From Eledone cirrhosa (taxonomy: Eukaryota): a stretch of DNA of 64,000 nucleotides. The number at the start of each line of letters is the position of its first letter. The first letter of the stretch is position 1. The DNA lies in the NCBI GenBank assembly GCA_964016885.1, contig OZ024740.1, forward strand, positions 361,832,001-361,896,000. The letters run 5' to 3'. Positions 26,913-40,129 of the stretch are shown here, piece after piece. Below the pieces are notes generated by a model. The model ran no database searches. It worked only from the letters and a program-made list of their open reading frames with translations, and was not told the origin of the DNA. A program made the position numbers and the translations under genes.

Positions 26913-26943
<31 letters not shown>

Positions 26944-27540
26944 CAGGTTGTACTGGTAACATGTATCCCAGTACAACCTGTCTCATGGTCGGGTCGTTGG
27001 CGACTAAACTGGCAACCCCACCAAGGTTTCTTGGTGAGGAGGGTGACTTTGGACATCCTGCAGGACTAAAAACAAAACCTGTCAAAGGGCAAAGGAGCTC
27101 TTAAGAGTCAATGGCCATCCAAAATCACCGGGAGAGATGACCCCTTAGCCTTTGTCAAGGCAGAATTCTAGGAGAAGGAAAACTCTGATATAACACCTGC
27201 AACCCTGATGGTATCCAATGATGTTGACTTGTTCTTCTTTTTGGTAAATATCATCTTGGTTAAGAGAGTGGGACTGGCTTTGTGCAGTGCCTTTGCTCAC
27301 TATAAAAGCTTCACGGCACAGGCATTGCTTTATATCTGGAGATCTCTCTGCACTTGTCGTCACATGGTACCATGGGCCCAGCACTCTGTGCCAATAATTG
27401 TCACAAGTATAGTGTTTGTACCATAGTTTTCAAGTCGCTGGGTGGACTAAAAAGTCACACTCGTTCAGCGCATCGGTAGGGGTTCTCCTACATGGATATA
27501 AAGTAGTGGCCGTACTCGAAAACGAGTTGGCAGCCACCAT
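26944..27540 (+). mobile_element. ~600-bp RTE-derived non-autonomous element
   Basis: Structured 5' part joined to a C2H2 zinc-finger remnant (intact as CSVCTRVFKSL.GLKSH in other copies) and a short 3' hairpin ctcgaaaacgag, followed by (TGTA)n. Confidence 0.75.
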
Positions 27541-27587
27541 GTATGTATGTATGTATGTATGTATGTATGTATGTATGTATGTATGTA

Positions 27588-27741
27588 TGTTTCTCTTTCT
27601 CTTAATTTCGAGTACATTTTTTACGGGCCACCTTCCTGGTGGCAATATTGTAAAAGAAAAGAAATTGTCATTCCTTGAATCTTGAATCACAAGAATGTTT
27701 TGAAGGTGCCATATATATACATATATATATATATATATTTA

Positions 27742-27808
<67 letters not shown>

Positions 27809-28128
27809 CACCTTCAAAATTTGCAAAACATTCTTGCGATTCAAGGGATGACAATTTCTTTTCTTTTACAACCTTGCCACCAGGAAGGTGGCCCGTAAAA
27901 AATGTACTCGAAATTAAGAGAAAGAGAAACATACATACATACATACATACATACATACATACATACATACATACATACACACATACATACATACACTGTT
28001 AATATCAACGTTAGCATCACCAGCAAATGCTGTTATTGACAAGCTTCCCAGTTTTTTTCTCTTTTATGTTACAAATAAAATCTTAATTTCTAAAATATTA
28101 AAAGTAATATTTCAGAATATTATCTGTA
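27588..28128. mobile_element. Two short inverted copies of the R4-like 3' end
   Basis: 27588-27710 (-) and 27808-27930 (+) match 22720-22848; the plus copy also carries the flank 22593-22700. Confidence 0.8.
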
Positions 28129-28194
28129 TATATATATATACATATATATATATATACATATATATACATATATATATACATACACACACACATA

Positions 28195-28237
<43 letters not shown>

Positions 28238-28526
28238 ATATATTCCCAACCTGGAATTTAAATATCTAAATATCTAAATATATTTCGACAGCTAGATCTG
28301 AAACGGCTCAGACGTCGGAGTCCTGAGTCTTTTCATATTCCCCACTCTACTACCCCAAGTATCGAGTACTCTGGTGGGTTATAGTCTAGCTGGTTTTTAC
28401 CACTCTCCATCTGATATATATGTATGTATATATATATGTATGTATATATATATATACACAGGGTGTCCCCCAATATATATATATATACAAGCCGAAACCG
28501 ATTGGTGGCGCGATCGGGATTTTACA

Positions 28527-28656
<130 letters not shown>

Positions 28657-28703
28657 TAGATGATATATATATATATATATCTACCTATTTGTAAATATAT
28701 ACA

Positions 28704-28804
28704 CAGGGTGTCCCAAAACAATGTATACATACTTCACCAGCATTCTAATAAATATTCTCTGTACATATAATCAAAGTGTGTATACATTTTTGGGGGACAA
28801 CCTG
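28704..28804. mobile_element. Tc1/mariner-type MITE
   Basis: TIRs cagggtgtcccaaaacaatgtatac / gtatacatttttgggggacaacctg in a TA context. Confidence 0.7.
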
Positions 28805-28859
28805 TATATATAAATATAAATATATATTTGTTTTGCGAGCTTTTTGATATGAAATCGTG

Positions 28860-29985
28860 TGTCGAAATAAATATTGTTATAACAGCAATGGAAAGACACA
28901 TCCAACACTTCATCAACCGCATGCAGTTCTCTGGCTACAACCAAAGAGACAGAATCAGAGTATACGAAGGAGCCACGGAGAAGTATAAGACCCTCATAGA
29001 ACTGGACATGAAAGGAATTTGCCCATTATACAGGAGCAAATCATGAAATAGCTTAGATAGGAATTAACATAAGATAGGGAAAGCCACCTCATGGTACGAC
29101 AACCAGAGATACCAGAGTGTCATGTTCGTGGACGCTACCCCTGGAGGGAAATTAGCTAACCAATGTAGAAAGACCCTGAGAAAGAGACCACTTAAAGATT
29201 AAAGTGGTAGAAAAGCCAGGAACTACCATAAAATCCCTGATCAGCAAAACATACCCCTTTAAGAAAACCCACTGTAATAATAAGAAATATGTTATATCTA
29301 AAGTAAACCCCCGGATAAACTGAAAAACTAGAAATGCAATCTATAGCATAAGATGTACAGAGGGTACTTACAGAAACATGACAACAACGTACATAGGTTA
29401 GACAGCTCGTAGCATAGGTGAAAGAATAGACCAACACTGGGGGAACTCCAAGGACGAAAAACGGTTCAGTACTATACGAACACGCCAGACAACATGACGG
29501 TAACATAGACAACATAGACATTAAAATAATATCTAAGCATAGAAATGAACCAACAAGTAGGCAAATCAGAGAAGCGAGCGAAATAGAGCTTAGAAAGCCA
29601 AAGCTAAACAGAAAGAATGAATGGAATAACAACAACCATACCGAAACAAACAATACTGACTTAAGAGAAATATAAAAATAAATAAATAAATAAATATATA
29701 CACAAGTACAATAACAACAAGCATATATAAATACACACTAATAAACAAAGATAGAATACAAAAACCAAAACACATACACCCAAACGCGAACACACACACC
29801 AAACACTATACACACACGCAAACGCATGCGCAGAGACGGAGACAAAAATAAATAAAGAAATGAATAGACAAAATAAAAATGGCATAGATATTACAATACG
29901 ATACAATACAGTAGGGTGAAACATGATAATAGTACCACTGATGATGCTGCAGATGTGCAACGAAGGAACTTTGTTAGACTATATA
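28860..29985 (+). mobile_element. Decayed Penelope-like element 3' part (thumb/linker + GIY-YIG)
   Basis: RMQFSGY, VMFVDATPGGKLA, KVVEKPG, NAIYSIRC and YIG*TARS..ER..QH across frameshifts; degenerate hammerhead CTGATGA..GAAG at ~29932-29978. Confidence 0.8.
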
Positions 29986-30167
29986 TACATATATTTATAT
30001 CTGTATTTTTGACCGTTGGTCAGTCAATGATAAACATTGATGGCCAAATGAATTAACTATGGAGATATAAAAGATGCAGAAGCGAAAACCAACAAACAGT
30101 GAGTGTGCTCTGTTATTATTTCTGGCAATAGTATTACAACAATATGACCCTCCCCAAGTATAAATAT

Positions 30168-30198
<31 letters not shown>

Positions 30199-30285
30199 CA
30201 CATAAATATATATATATATTTCGTTTCTGAATTTGTTTAGCAAGATTCTTTATCTGAAATCGTGTGTTGAAACCGATATTGTTAT

Positions 30286-30389
<104 letters not shown>

Positions 30390-30574
30390 TACATACATAT
30401 ACATATACATATACATATATATACATGTATTGAAGTTTCCGTTGAAAATTGAGGACATTTTTCAAATATTTCACTATGTTTTAAATTGCCTTGTCTGACG
30501 AACGAATGCGGACGTTTCTTGTATTCGTCTTATTCGGGAAACCTCTGGTAATGAGGTAATTATATTGTATTGTT

Positions 30575-30608
<34 letters not shown>

Positions 30609-31303
30609 CCAGCATGGAATCGAAAACCCATCTCGGACTAAACTAGATACGAAATTCCACTCCACCCGTTCCGCATACACACGCGCACGCAAACACAAAC
30701 ACAAGCAACCACACAATACACACCAATAACCACACATCCCTGCCAAACACATATACTGACATACTCACGCGCACACACTTGCACAAGTTCGTATACATGG
30801 ATACGAGTGTATGTATGTGTACTTATATACATGTGTGTATGTGAATACATTCATGCGCGCGCGCGCGCGAACGCATGCGTACACACACTTCCGCCGACAA
30901 CGCACTTATCACCCATACACGCACATACGCATCTTAATAAACACTCCACCTACATACAACCACCACCTACACATATGTACCCCTCACCCAGCCTCCCACC
31001 ACGTCGGACCCCACCCATCACTACTGCTCCTACGCTCCTCTCCTTTTCATTTTCTTCCCAATTTTATTAAAAATGAACGTTATTTTAAATTTTCTTTGCG
31101 CTTTTCCTTTTGTGTTTTTCCTAATGAAGGGTAAATGTCCGATACGTTGACTATATAGCACACTCTCTTTATTTTAAGCGTGAAACTAATACGACTTAAT
31201 ATTATTGCATCCACTTGTTTGTTTGTTTCTTGTTTCTTTCCCTCTGCATTTTAAGTTACCTTAAATAGCAACTACACAGCCATTTCTATTCTCCATATAT
31301 TTC

Positions 31304-31356
<53 letters not shown>

Positions 31357-31454
31357 AAAGATAGAACACTGGAGGGTAATATCCGTAGTAGTAGAACACT
31401 CAGTCCATGGGACGAATTTGGTAAAAGTAGTAACACAACTGTTAGTTCACCATA

Positions 31455-31493
31455 CCGAGAACAATTGTTTCACCTTGCGGATCTTCAACTCGG
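31455..31493 (-). ncRNA. Minimal type I hammerhead motif
   Basis: ccgag-TTGAAGA-tcc gcaa ggt-GAAA-caattg-TT-ctcgg; the adjacent inverted partial copy keeps the canonical CTGAAGA. Confidence 0.65.
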
Positions 31494-32011
31494 ACCGAGC
31501 TGAAGATCCGCAAGGTTAAGGCTTCCTATACAAATAGTATCATATAGGTTATATATATACCCTTCAAATACATGTTTTCTTGTGGTTGATTGTGTGATGA
31601 AGGTCCAATAAGATCCGAAAATCGATTAAAGATGTTTTGTCATTTTTTCAGTTCAAAGGGAAATTCATTTTCACATGGCTATATATTAGATATGTGTATA
31701 TATTTATATACGCTTGTGCAGTCTCGGTTACACACTCTGTATTTATACAGATATAACATTATTATAGACTTCGGTTACTAGCGCACTTCTTACTACCCCC
31801 CCCCCCCCCTACATATATCAATATATAATATATATTTATTTAAAAGCATTTGAAGTAAATTAACCAGCTTTGCTCTAATCAAACTCTTCTCTTAACACTT
31901 GTTTTGCATGATAGAAACATGGAGCGAATGCTTCATTCCGTGGCTGGCAATTACAACCTATAAGCCTGTCTCTAGTCTCCTTTGAGATTATATTGTATAG
32001 TTCCACTTTCG

Positions 32012-32090
<79 letters not shown>

Positions 32091-32974
32091 GAGTCCAGAA
32101 ATAGCCGTCGAAACGGCTTGAGCTCTGCCGTCGGGGTCATACTTTTTCCTATATATATATATATATATATATATACATGCATATATATATATACATGTAT
32201 ATATATATACATGTGTATATATATATATATAGTAATACCTCGATTAGTGCTCTAGATATGTTCCTAAAAATACAACGCTAAATAAAAGAGCACAACACAA
32301 GGTCATTATGATATAACATAAATAGACATACCTGCTTACTAGGCTATTTTTAACGGTGAGACGGACACAAGTGAATACATTAGACGTTGCCAAGCGATCG
32401 AAATATCCAGAATCTCGCTGTTGTACCTTCCAAGCACTTGATAATTTTAAATAAACTCACACAATGTGATTACACATTGGGCTCTAGTAATAATTGTTTC
32501 TACTTTTATATCAGTGCATTACTGGTACTGTATTTTACCGACCCCGTAAGGATGAAAGGCAAAGTTAACCTCGGCGGGATTTGAACTCAAATCATAAAGG
32601 GGCGTAACTCTATGATGCAAAGCATGTCGTCCGACCCTCTACCGTTACTGCCAATCCATCACCCTTCTAGTAATAGTAAAGTTAGAAAACAAGACTTTAT
32701 GTTCTGGAATGGAATAGATCTCCGTCAATTTCCATGATGTGTGTCCCAATTGTTCGATCAAGAGAACATACTGCTCTTGAAATTAACGTATAAGTGGCTG
32801 AGCATTCCCTAAATACGCATAACATTATCGTAATTAACAAGGAGATTCAATGACACTGTTACAAGACTGGACCATTGTACTACATGTACAGTCCCTTCAA
32901 CGGGCTTCCAATCATTTTCCGTCTACCAAGTTTCACATACAAAGTAACATGAAACTATAGTAAATGTCACATGT

Positions 32975-33530
32975 TCAAGATGCCACGAAGCAATTTACTG
33001 TAGCAGGATGTTATGTGGGAACAAACTTCTCTGTGATTTATTGTTTCTCTCTCAATCTGAGTAAATTTATCCATGATTTCCATAATCATAATGATACTGT
33101 TTCTGAGAAATTCTTGTATCACTGGATCTACAGTAGAGGTTCCAGGTTCATTTTGTGATGTGTTTGTTGTTAATCAACAAACTCCTACAACTCTTTAAGA
33201 AAAAAAAAAAAATAATAGAATATTACTGAGATTCCATTAACACCTACAAATCTTCCACATTAACATTTTGCTCTCTTCTGTCAACGATTAACTCAATATT
33301 GTTATTAATGACTGCAGAGATTATTTCTTCGCTAAATTCCAGGAAGTTATTACATACTACTGACCAGTTTCTTCAAAGCACTCATCGTGCATCTTTCGGT
33401 TACTTTATCCCAGAGTCCTTTAACTTTATCTATGGAGGTTTTCGTGATATCGTAGATTTATCAAAGGATCCTACTAGATTGTTTAACTCGGCAATTTGTT
33501 TTTTCGTAAAATTGTATGAACAAGCCATGA
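32975..33530 (-). pseudogene. Possible pogo/Tigger transposase C-terminal relic
   Basis: Minus-strand pieces WSVVCNNFLEFSEE...VNVEDL*VLMESQ and ...TSCYSKLL resemble Tigger C-termini (by eye only). Confidence 0.35.
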
Positions 33531-33574
33531 AGGTAGCTGGCCTTGACATTAGAAATTACACACTGATCCATGGG

Positions 33575-33769
33575 TTGGAGTAGGGAAGAGGTGTTAGTTC
33601 AAAGCATATGCTTCCAATAATTGGGTGCTGAATATATAATAAGAGCTGGTATATGCCTGCTGTTGCCAATCAACTGGTAGCAGCAGGCATATAAAGCCAT
33701 TTATTATACATTCAGCTCTCAATAATTAGGAGTATGTGCCTTACACAAAATATATTTTCCTTACTCCAA
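33575..33769. repeat. ~195-bp imperfect palindrome (fold-back MITE)
   Basis: ttggagtaggg...atatgcctgctg / cagcaggcatat...ccttactccaa. Confidence 0.7.
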
Positions 33770-34027
33770 TTGTAGAGCATAATTGATGACACACCCTAAG
33801 GCACTGCTAGCAGGGTAAACAAGCTTCACATCCAATTAAAGATCACAAGCAGAGGTGTAGCAAGCAGAGGTGTAGCAAGCAGGACAGAAGTGTGCTATTG
33901 TATTACTGACCTGTAATAGTGCGGATGCTTGCCAATTAATAACTGACCTACCACTGGGGAATTGCCTGCGCATTGAAGAAAGAGCAGAAAGGTGTATTTG
34001 TATTTATGTGTGTTTGCGCGAGTGCAT

Positions 34028-34080
<53 letters not shown>

Positions 34081-34498
34081 CGTGTGGGGGGGGGGGGGGG
34101 GGCTGTAATTTGTTAGGTTTCGGATAGTATTGGCTCAAGCCATGTCTAACTTATGAGCACCACCTGGCGAACTCATTTGAATCATGCTGCATACTTCAGT
34201 CATACGGCGGACACAATAAAACACACGAGTAAAGAGTTGTTGGCCGAAACCTATCCGGATGTGGGTTGTTATCTGCAATTTTTATGCACACACACACACA
34301 CATATATCTATATGTGTATAATATATGTGTATGAGCAAGCAGAAACAAAGTCTCAAGGTTGCATCATATGTAAACTTTATTCACATGAATATATATAAAG
34401 CGAAGAGGAGCAGGAGTCAGGTCACTGATATTTCAAACGAGTAAATTTACCGAAAGACTCTTCATCCAATCATTTTAAGTGGAGAGAAGTAAAGCACG

Positions 34499-35105
34499 TA
34501 CGGGATCGGCTGAAAAGTACATAGGTTGACCAAGATACTCTCATGGAATGTGACCAAATGAGATATATTTTTTAACATAGTTCCCCTTGCAGTCCACACA
34601 CTTCTTCCATCAGTATTGTAAGACTTGGATCCCATTGGTCAAAAATGTCATCAACAGTAGATAGGACGTCATCATCACTGCGATACTGGTTCCCAGCCAA
34701 GTGGATTTTAATGTTGGAGAACAGATGATAGTCAGATGGGGTCAAATCAGGAGAATAGGGAGGGTGATCAACCAGTTGAAAACCACAGTCACGCACAGCA
34801 GCCATTGAAACCAAAGATGTGTGTACTGGAGCATTGTCCTGATGAAACAAGACTCCTTTCCTCAGTATTCTCGGGCGTTTGGTCTTGATAGCCTTTCATA
34901 ACTGCCTCAGCAAATTGGCATAGTACTCTCCATTGATAGTGCGGCCCTTTTCAAAATAACCAATATACACAATGCCTTTTGCATCCAAAAATACTGAGGC
35001 CGTCACCTTACCTACATTTGAAACAATCGTGGCCTTCTTTGGCGTAGGTAAGGAGGGGTGTTTCTACTGTAGGGATTGTTTCTTTGTCTCTGACTCAGTC
35101 ATGAA
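34499..35105 (-). mobile_element. Mariner (DD34D) transposon 3' fragment
   Basis: FHQDNAPVH...HPPYSPDLTPSDYHLF motif; TIR at ~34499-34530. Confidence 0.92.
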
Positions 35106-35106
35106 C

Positions 35107-36430
35107 TTAACACTCACCTTGGGTTAGGAAAGGTTCAAGGGATGGCAATTCTCGAAATTGAGATGCAGCAATGATGTATGTATGTATGTATGTATGTATG
35201 TATGTATGTATGTATGTATGTGTCTCATGGTCGGGTCGTTGGCGACTAAACTGGCAACCCCACCAAGGTTTCTTGGTGAGGAGGGTGACTTTGGACAACC
35301 TGCAGGACTAAAAACAAAACCTGTCAAAGAGCAAAGGAGCTATTAAGAGTCAATGGCCATCCAAAATCCCCCGGGAGAGATGACCCCTTAGCCTTTGTCA
35401 AGGCAGAATTCTAGGAGAAGGAAAACTCTGACATAACACCTGCAACCCTGATGGTATCCAATGATGTTGACTTGTTCTTCTTTTTGGTAAATATCATCTT
35501 GGTTAAGAGAGTGGGACTGGCTTTGTGCAGTGCTTTTTCTCACTATAAAAGCTTCACGGCACAGGCATTGCTTTATATCTGGAGAGATCTCTGCACTTGT
35601 TGTCACATGGTACCATGGGCCCAGCACTATGTGTCAATAATTGTCACTAGTGTAGTGTTTGTACCAGAGTTTTTAAGTCGCTGGCTGAACTAAAAAGTCA
35701 CACTCGTTCAGCGCATCGGTAGGGGTTCTCCTACATGGATATAAAGTAGTGGCCGTACTCGAAAACGAGTTGGCAGCCACCATGTATGTATGTATGTATG
35801 TATGTATGTATGTATGTATGTATGTATGTATGTATGTATGTTATGTCAGGTTGGTCTCGAATGCTACTGGTAACATGTAACCCAGTACAACCTGTCTCAT
35901 GGTCTGGTCGTCGGCGACTAAACCGACAACCCCACCAAGCTTCCTTGCCGAGGAGGGTGATATTTGAACACACTGCGGGATGAAATACAAGACCCGGAGA
36001 AAGGAGAAACACAGAGTCAACGGCCATCAAATAGTACTTTTTTTTTTCCACCTGTGACTGAAAGGCCCCCAATTGTTGTCACAACACCTTGCTAGGAGAA
36101 GAAGGAAACGGGGAAAAAACCTGCGGCTTCGGAAGCATCCGATGATGTTGACAAGTTCTCCTTTCCGGTTAGTGTTTTTGATGCTCAGAGAGTGGGATTG
36201 GTCGAGTGCAAGGCCTTTCCCCACTTAAAAAACTTCAAAGCACAGGCATTGCTTGTTCAGGATATGCTACAGGTTCATGTGGCTGGCCGTAGCCTAAAAG
36301 TGCACCCTTTTCTGTAATCTGACAAACGATTACAATACACTTAGCAGAGTTTGCAGCCATTATGTATGTATGTATGTATGTATGTATGTATGTATGTATG
36401 TATGTATGTATGTATGTATGTATGTATGTG
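35107..36430 (+). mobile_element. Stack of RTE-derived elements separated by (TATG)n
   Basis: 3' end of one element (35107-35174), a family copy at 35221-35783 and a diverged subfamily at 35847-36360. Confidence 0.75.
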
Positions 36431-36664
36431 TAAGGCATTATATTTTGTATATATAGATACATATATTTATATATATATAATAAAAATAATAATAATTGTT
36501 CTATTTTTGGCACAAGGCCAGCAATTACCCAGTGTATTACTGGTACTTTATTTTATCGACCCCGTAAGGTTGAAAGGCAAAGTTAACCAAAATTAATAAT
36601 AATGAGTAGGAACGAGGTGTCAAAGTATCATCATTATATTTATTCACGTGTAATATATATATAT

Positions 36665-36937
36665 ATGGTGGCTGCCAACTCGTTTTCGAGTACGGCCAGG
36701 AGAACCCCTACCGATGCGCTGAACGAGTGTGACTTTTTAGTCCAGTCAGCGACTTGAAAACTCTGGTACAAACACTACACTTGTGACAATTATTGACACA
36801 TAGTATTGGGCCCATGGTACCATGTGACGACAAGTGCAGAGGTCTCCAGATATAAAACAATGCCTGTGCCGTGAAGCTTTTATAGTGAGCAAAGGCACTG
36901 CACAAAGCCAGTCCCACTCTCTTAACCAAGATGATAT
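36665..36937 (-). mobile_element. 5'-truncated RTE-derived element copy
   Basis: ORF 36708-36965 ends CSVCTRVFKSLTGLKSHTRSAHR. Confidence 0.75.
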
Positions 36938-36979
36938 ATATAATAATTAAGAAGGTGGACCCCATTTCGTGGCATCTTG

Positions 36980-37043
<64 letters not shown>

Positions 37044-37280
37044 CTTTTTTGCATGTTTCTTTCCCCTGTGTCTGCATATCAGCAGACTGGCCAGTGAGTT
37101 TCCTGTATACGAGCTATAAATGGCCGGCTTTGCCAAATTCAAATAAAAGAAGAAAATTTCGCTCTACATGGCTGAATACAGCCAGTCTGCTAATATGCAA
37201 ATCAGGCCGATCATTCACTGTGTATTTTTGAAAATAGCATATATTTTCATTAGCTCTGACAGTTTGGCAGGTGAACAGTG

Positions 37281-37328
37281 AGCTGTACTGATGAAGGGTG
37301 ATACCCAGAAACATTAGTGTCTGCAGTT
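37281..37328 (+). ncRNA. Type I hammerhead ribozyme
   Basis: agctgta-CTGATGA-a gggt gat accc a-GAAA-cattagtg-TC-tgcagtt; canonical core, GUC site, near-palindromic stem III. Confidence 0.75.
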
Positions 37329-37492
37329 CTGTTCGCATGCCAACACAAGAGCAAGAATACAGTGTTCATTCTACTGACATGGCTATGAAATTGAGGCTTG
37401 TTTGCATAATTGCAAACGAATCGAATGTTATTATTAATATTCGAAAAACTCAAATTACATTTATTGTATTCAGCCATGTGGAGCGAAATTTT

Positions 37493-37543
<51 letters not shown>

Positions 37544-37621
37544 CATAAATATACATACATATATATACATACATACATACATACATACATATACATACAT
37601 ACATACATATATTATATATAC

Positions 37622-37658
<37 letters not shown>

Positions 37659-37659
<1 letters not shown>

Positions 37660-38002
37660 TATTAGAAATGTAAGCTATCGCCGTATTTTAACTAAAGAAA
37701 TTAAAGAAATTATTTAGCCTGATAGTGGGGTTAAGAACCCTCGGAAAAATGGAAAAAGATGAGTATTGACGTACATGGGAGTCGAACTCATATCTTTGGT
37801 TATCCGGACCACTATGCTACATCATGGGTTGGTGTAAATGGTATCACAGTGGTCCGGATAACCAAAGATGTGGGTTCGACTCCCATGTACGTCAATACTC
37901 ATCTTTTTCCATTTCTCCGAGGGTTCTTAACCCCACTATCAGGCTAAATAATTTCTTTAATTTCTTTAGTTAAAATACGGCGATAGCTTACATTTCTAAT
38001 AA
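37659..38002. repeat. Fold-back with ~160 bp arms centred on a tRNA-like sequence
   Basis: Near-perfect inverted repeat; the centre contains a T-arm gtggg-ttcgact-cccat and a D-arm-like ggtgtaaatggtatcac. Confidence 0.8.
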
Positions 38003-38035
38003 TTTCAAACCCACTCGCTGTTTCGAAAATATTCT

Positions 38036-38088
<53 letters not shown>

Positions 38089-38093
38089 ATATA

Positions 38094-38162
<69 letters not shown>

Positions 38163-38167
38163 ATATA

Positions 38168-38204
<37 letters not shown>

Positions 38205-38213
38205 ACCTATATA

Positions 38214-38258
<45 letters not shown>

Positions 38259-38409
38259 ATATATATATATATAAGGAAAAAGGATATTCAATTTGTTGGT
38301 AATTCAACAAATATAAATGTTTATAACTGATTCAGAGCACTATCCAAGGAAAACTTGAACCGTTAAGGTATCTTTTATGGTTATGTCAAAATTTATAAAA
38401 CAAACTTTG

Positions 38410-38470
38410 TATTTTATCTGATGAAAGCGTACCAAAGTTTTGATACCCTTGAAATATATATAATAGAATA
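38410..38470 (+). ncRNA. Minimal type I hammerhead ribozyme (family C)
   Basis: tattttat-CTGATGA-...-GAAA-tatata-TA-atagaata. Confidence 0.7.
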
Positions 38471-38509
38471 AATATGGTTTTATAAATATAGTTTCCATTT
38501 ATTTAATAT

Positions 38510-38565
<56 letters not shown>

Positions 38566-38569
<4 letters not shown>

Positions 38570-39173
38570 TGGCTGCCAACTCGTTTTCGAGTATGGCCAC
38601 TACTTTATATCCATATAGCAGAACCCCTACCGAAGCGCTGAACGAGTGTGACCTTCCAGTCCAGCCAGCGACTTGAAAACTCTGGTACAAACACTACACC
38701 TGTGACAATTATTGACACATAGTGCTGGGCCCATGGTACCATGTGAGGACAAGTGCAGAGAGATCTCCAGATATAAAGCAATGCCTGTGCCGTGAAGCTT
38801 TTATAGTGAGCAAAGGCAATGCACAAAGCCAGTCCCACTCTCTTAACCAAGATGATATTTACCAAAAAGAAGAACAACTCAACATCATTGGATACCATCA
38901 GGGTTGCAGGTGTTATATCAGAGTTTTCCTTCTCCTAGAATTCTGCCTTGACAAAGGCTAAGGGGTCATCTCTCCCGGTGATTTTGGATGGCCATTGACT
39001 CTTAAGAGCTCCTTTGCCCTTTGACAGGTTTTGTTTTTAGTCCTGCAGGATGTCCAAAGTCACCCTCCTCACCAAGAAACCTTGGTGGGGTTGCCAGTTT
39101 AGTCGCCAACGACCCGACCATGAGACAGGTTGTACTGGGATACATGTTACCAGTAGCACCAACTGGTGACCTG
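38566..39173 (-). mobile_element. Full-length RTE-derived ~600-bp element in (TA)n
   Basis: Reverse complement of 47926-48528. Confidence 0.8.
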
Positions 39174-39175
39174 AC

Positions 39176-39223
<48 letters not shown>

Positions 39224-39290
39224 CATATCATACATATCATATCGCCATATATATATATATATATATATATACATACATACATATCATATC

Positions 39291-39426
<136 letters not shown>

Positions 39427-40050
39427 AGGTGGTGCTATTAAGTTAGACATGGCCTGGGCCAATACTGACCGAAACCTATCAAAGTTATCAAAGTTATATA
39501 TATACATATACATACAATACACATACATATACAAACGCATACATATACATATATACATAGATGCATACATCCATCTACCCATCCATTCGTACATGTATAA
39601 ATAAGTACATACATACCTATATACATATATACAAACATACGCACGTACACACTACGATATATACGCATTTGTGTGTATCTATACATGCAGCTGTAAATGT
39701 TTAATGATATCGATGTGACAGAGATGGAAGAGTGGCGTACTAGGAACAATTTAAATTTTATGTAAGTTGAAGTAAGAGGTAAACAAACCTGAAACCATCA
39801 ATACAGTTTCAATTACCGGTTGAAGTTGTTTTAACTTTATTGATATTACTAATGTTCTTGATAAAACATGAACTCTACACCTATTATTACTATCGTCTGT
39901 ACGTTAGTGACTTGTAGTAAAGAAATTTATGTTTACATTTAGTTCATTGTGTGTAACATCACTTAGTTCCGAGTCAGTCTGAATTAGTTTTACTTTTACT
40001 ATAGCTACTTTCGGTTTGATAAAATATATACCTATCTCTCTGTCTATTTT

Positions 40051-40129
<79 letters not shown>

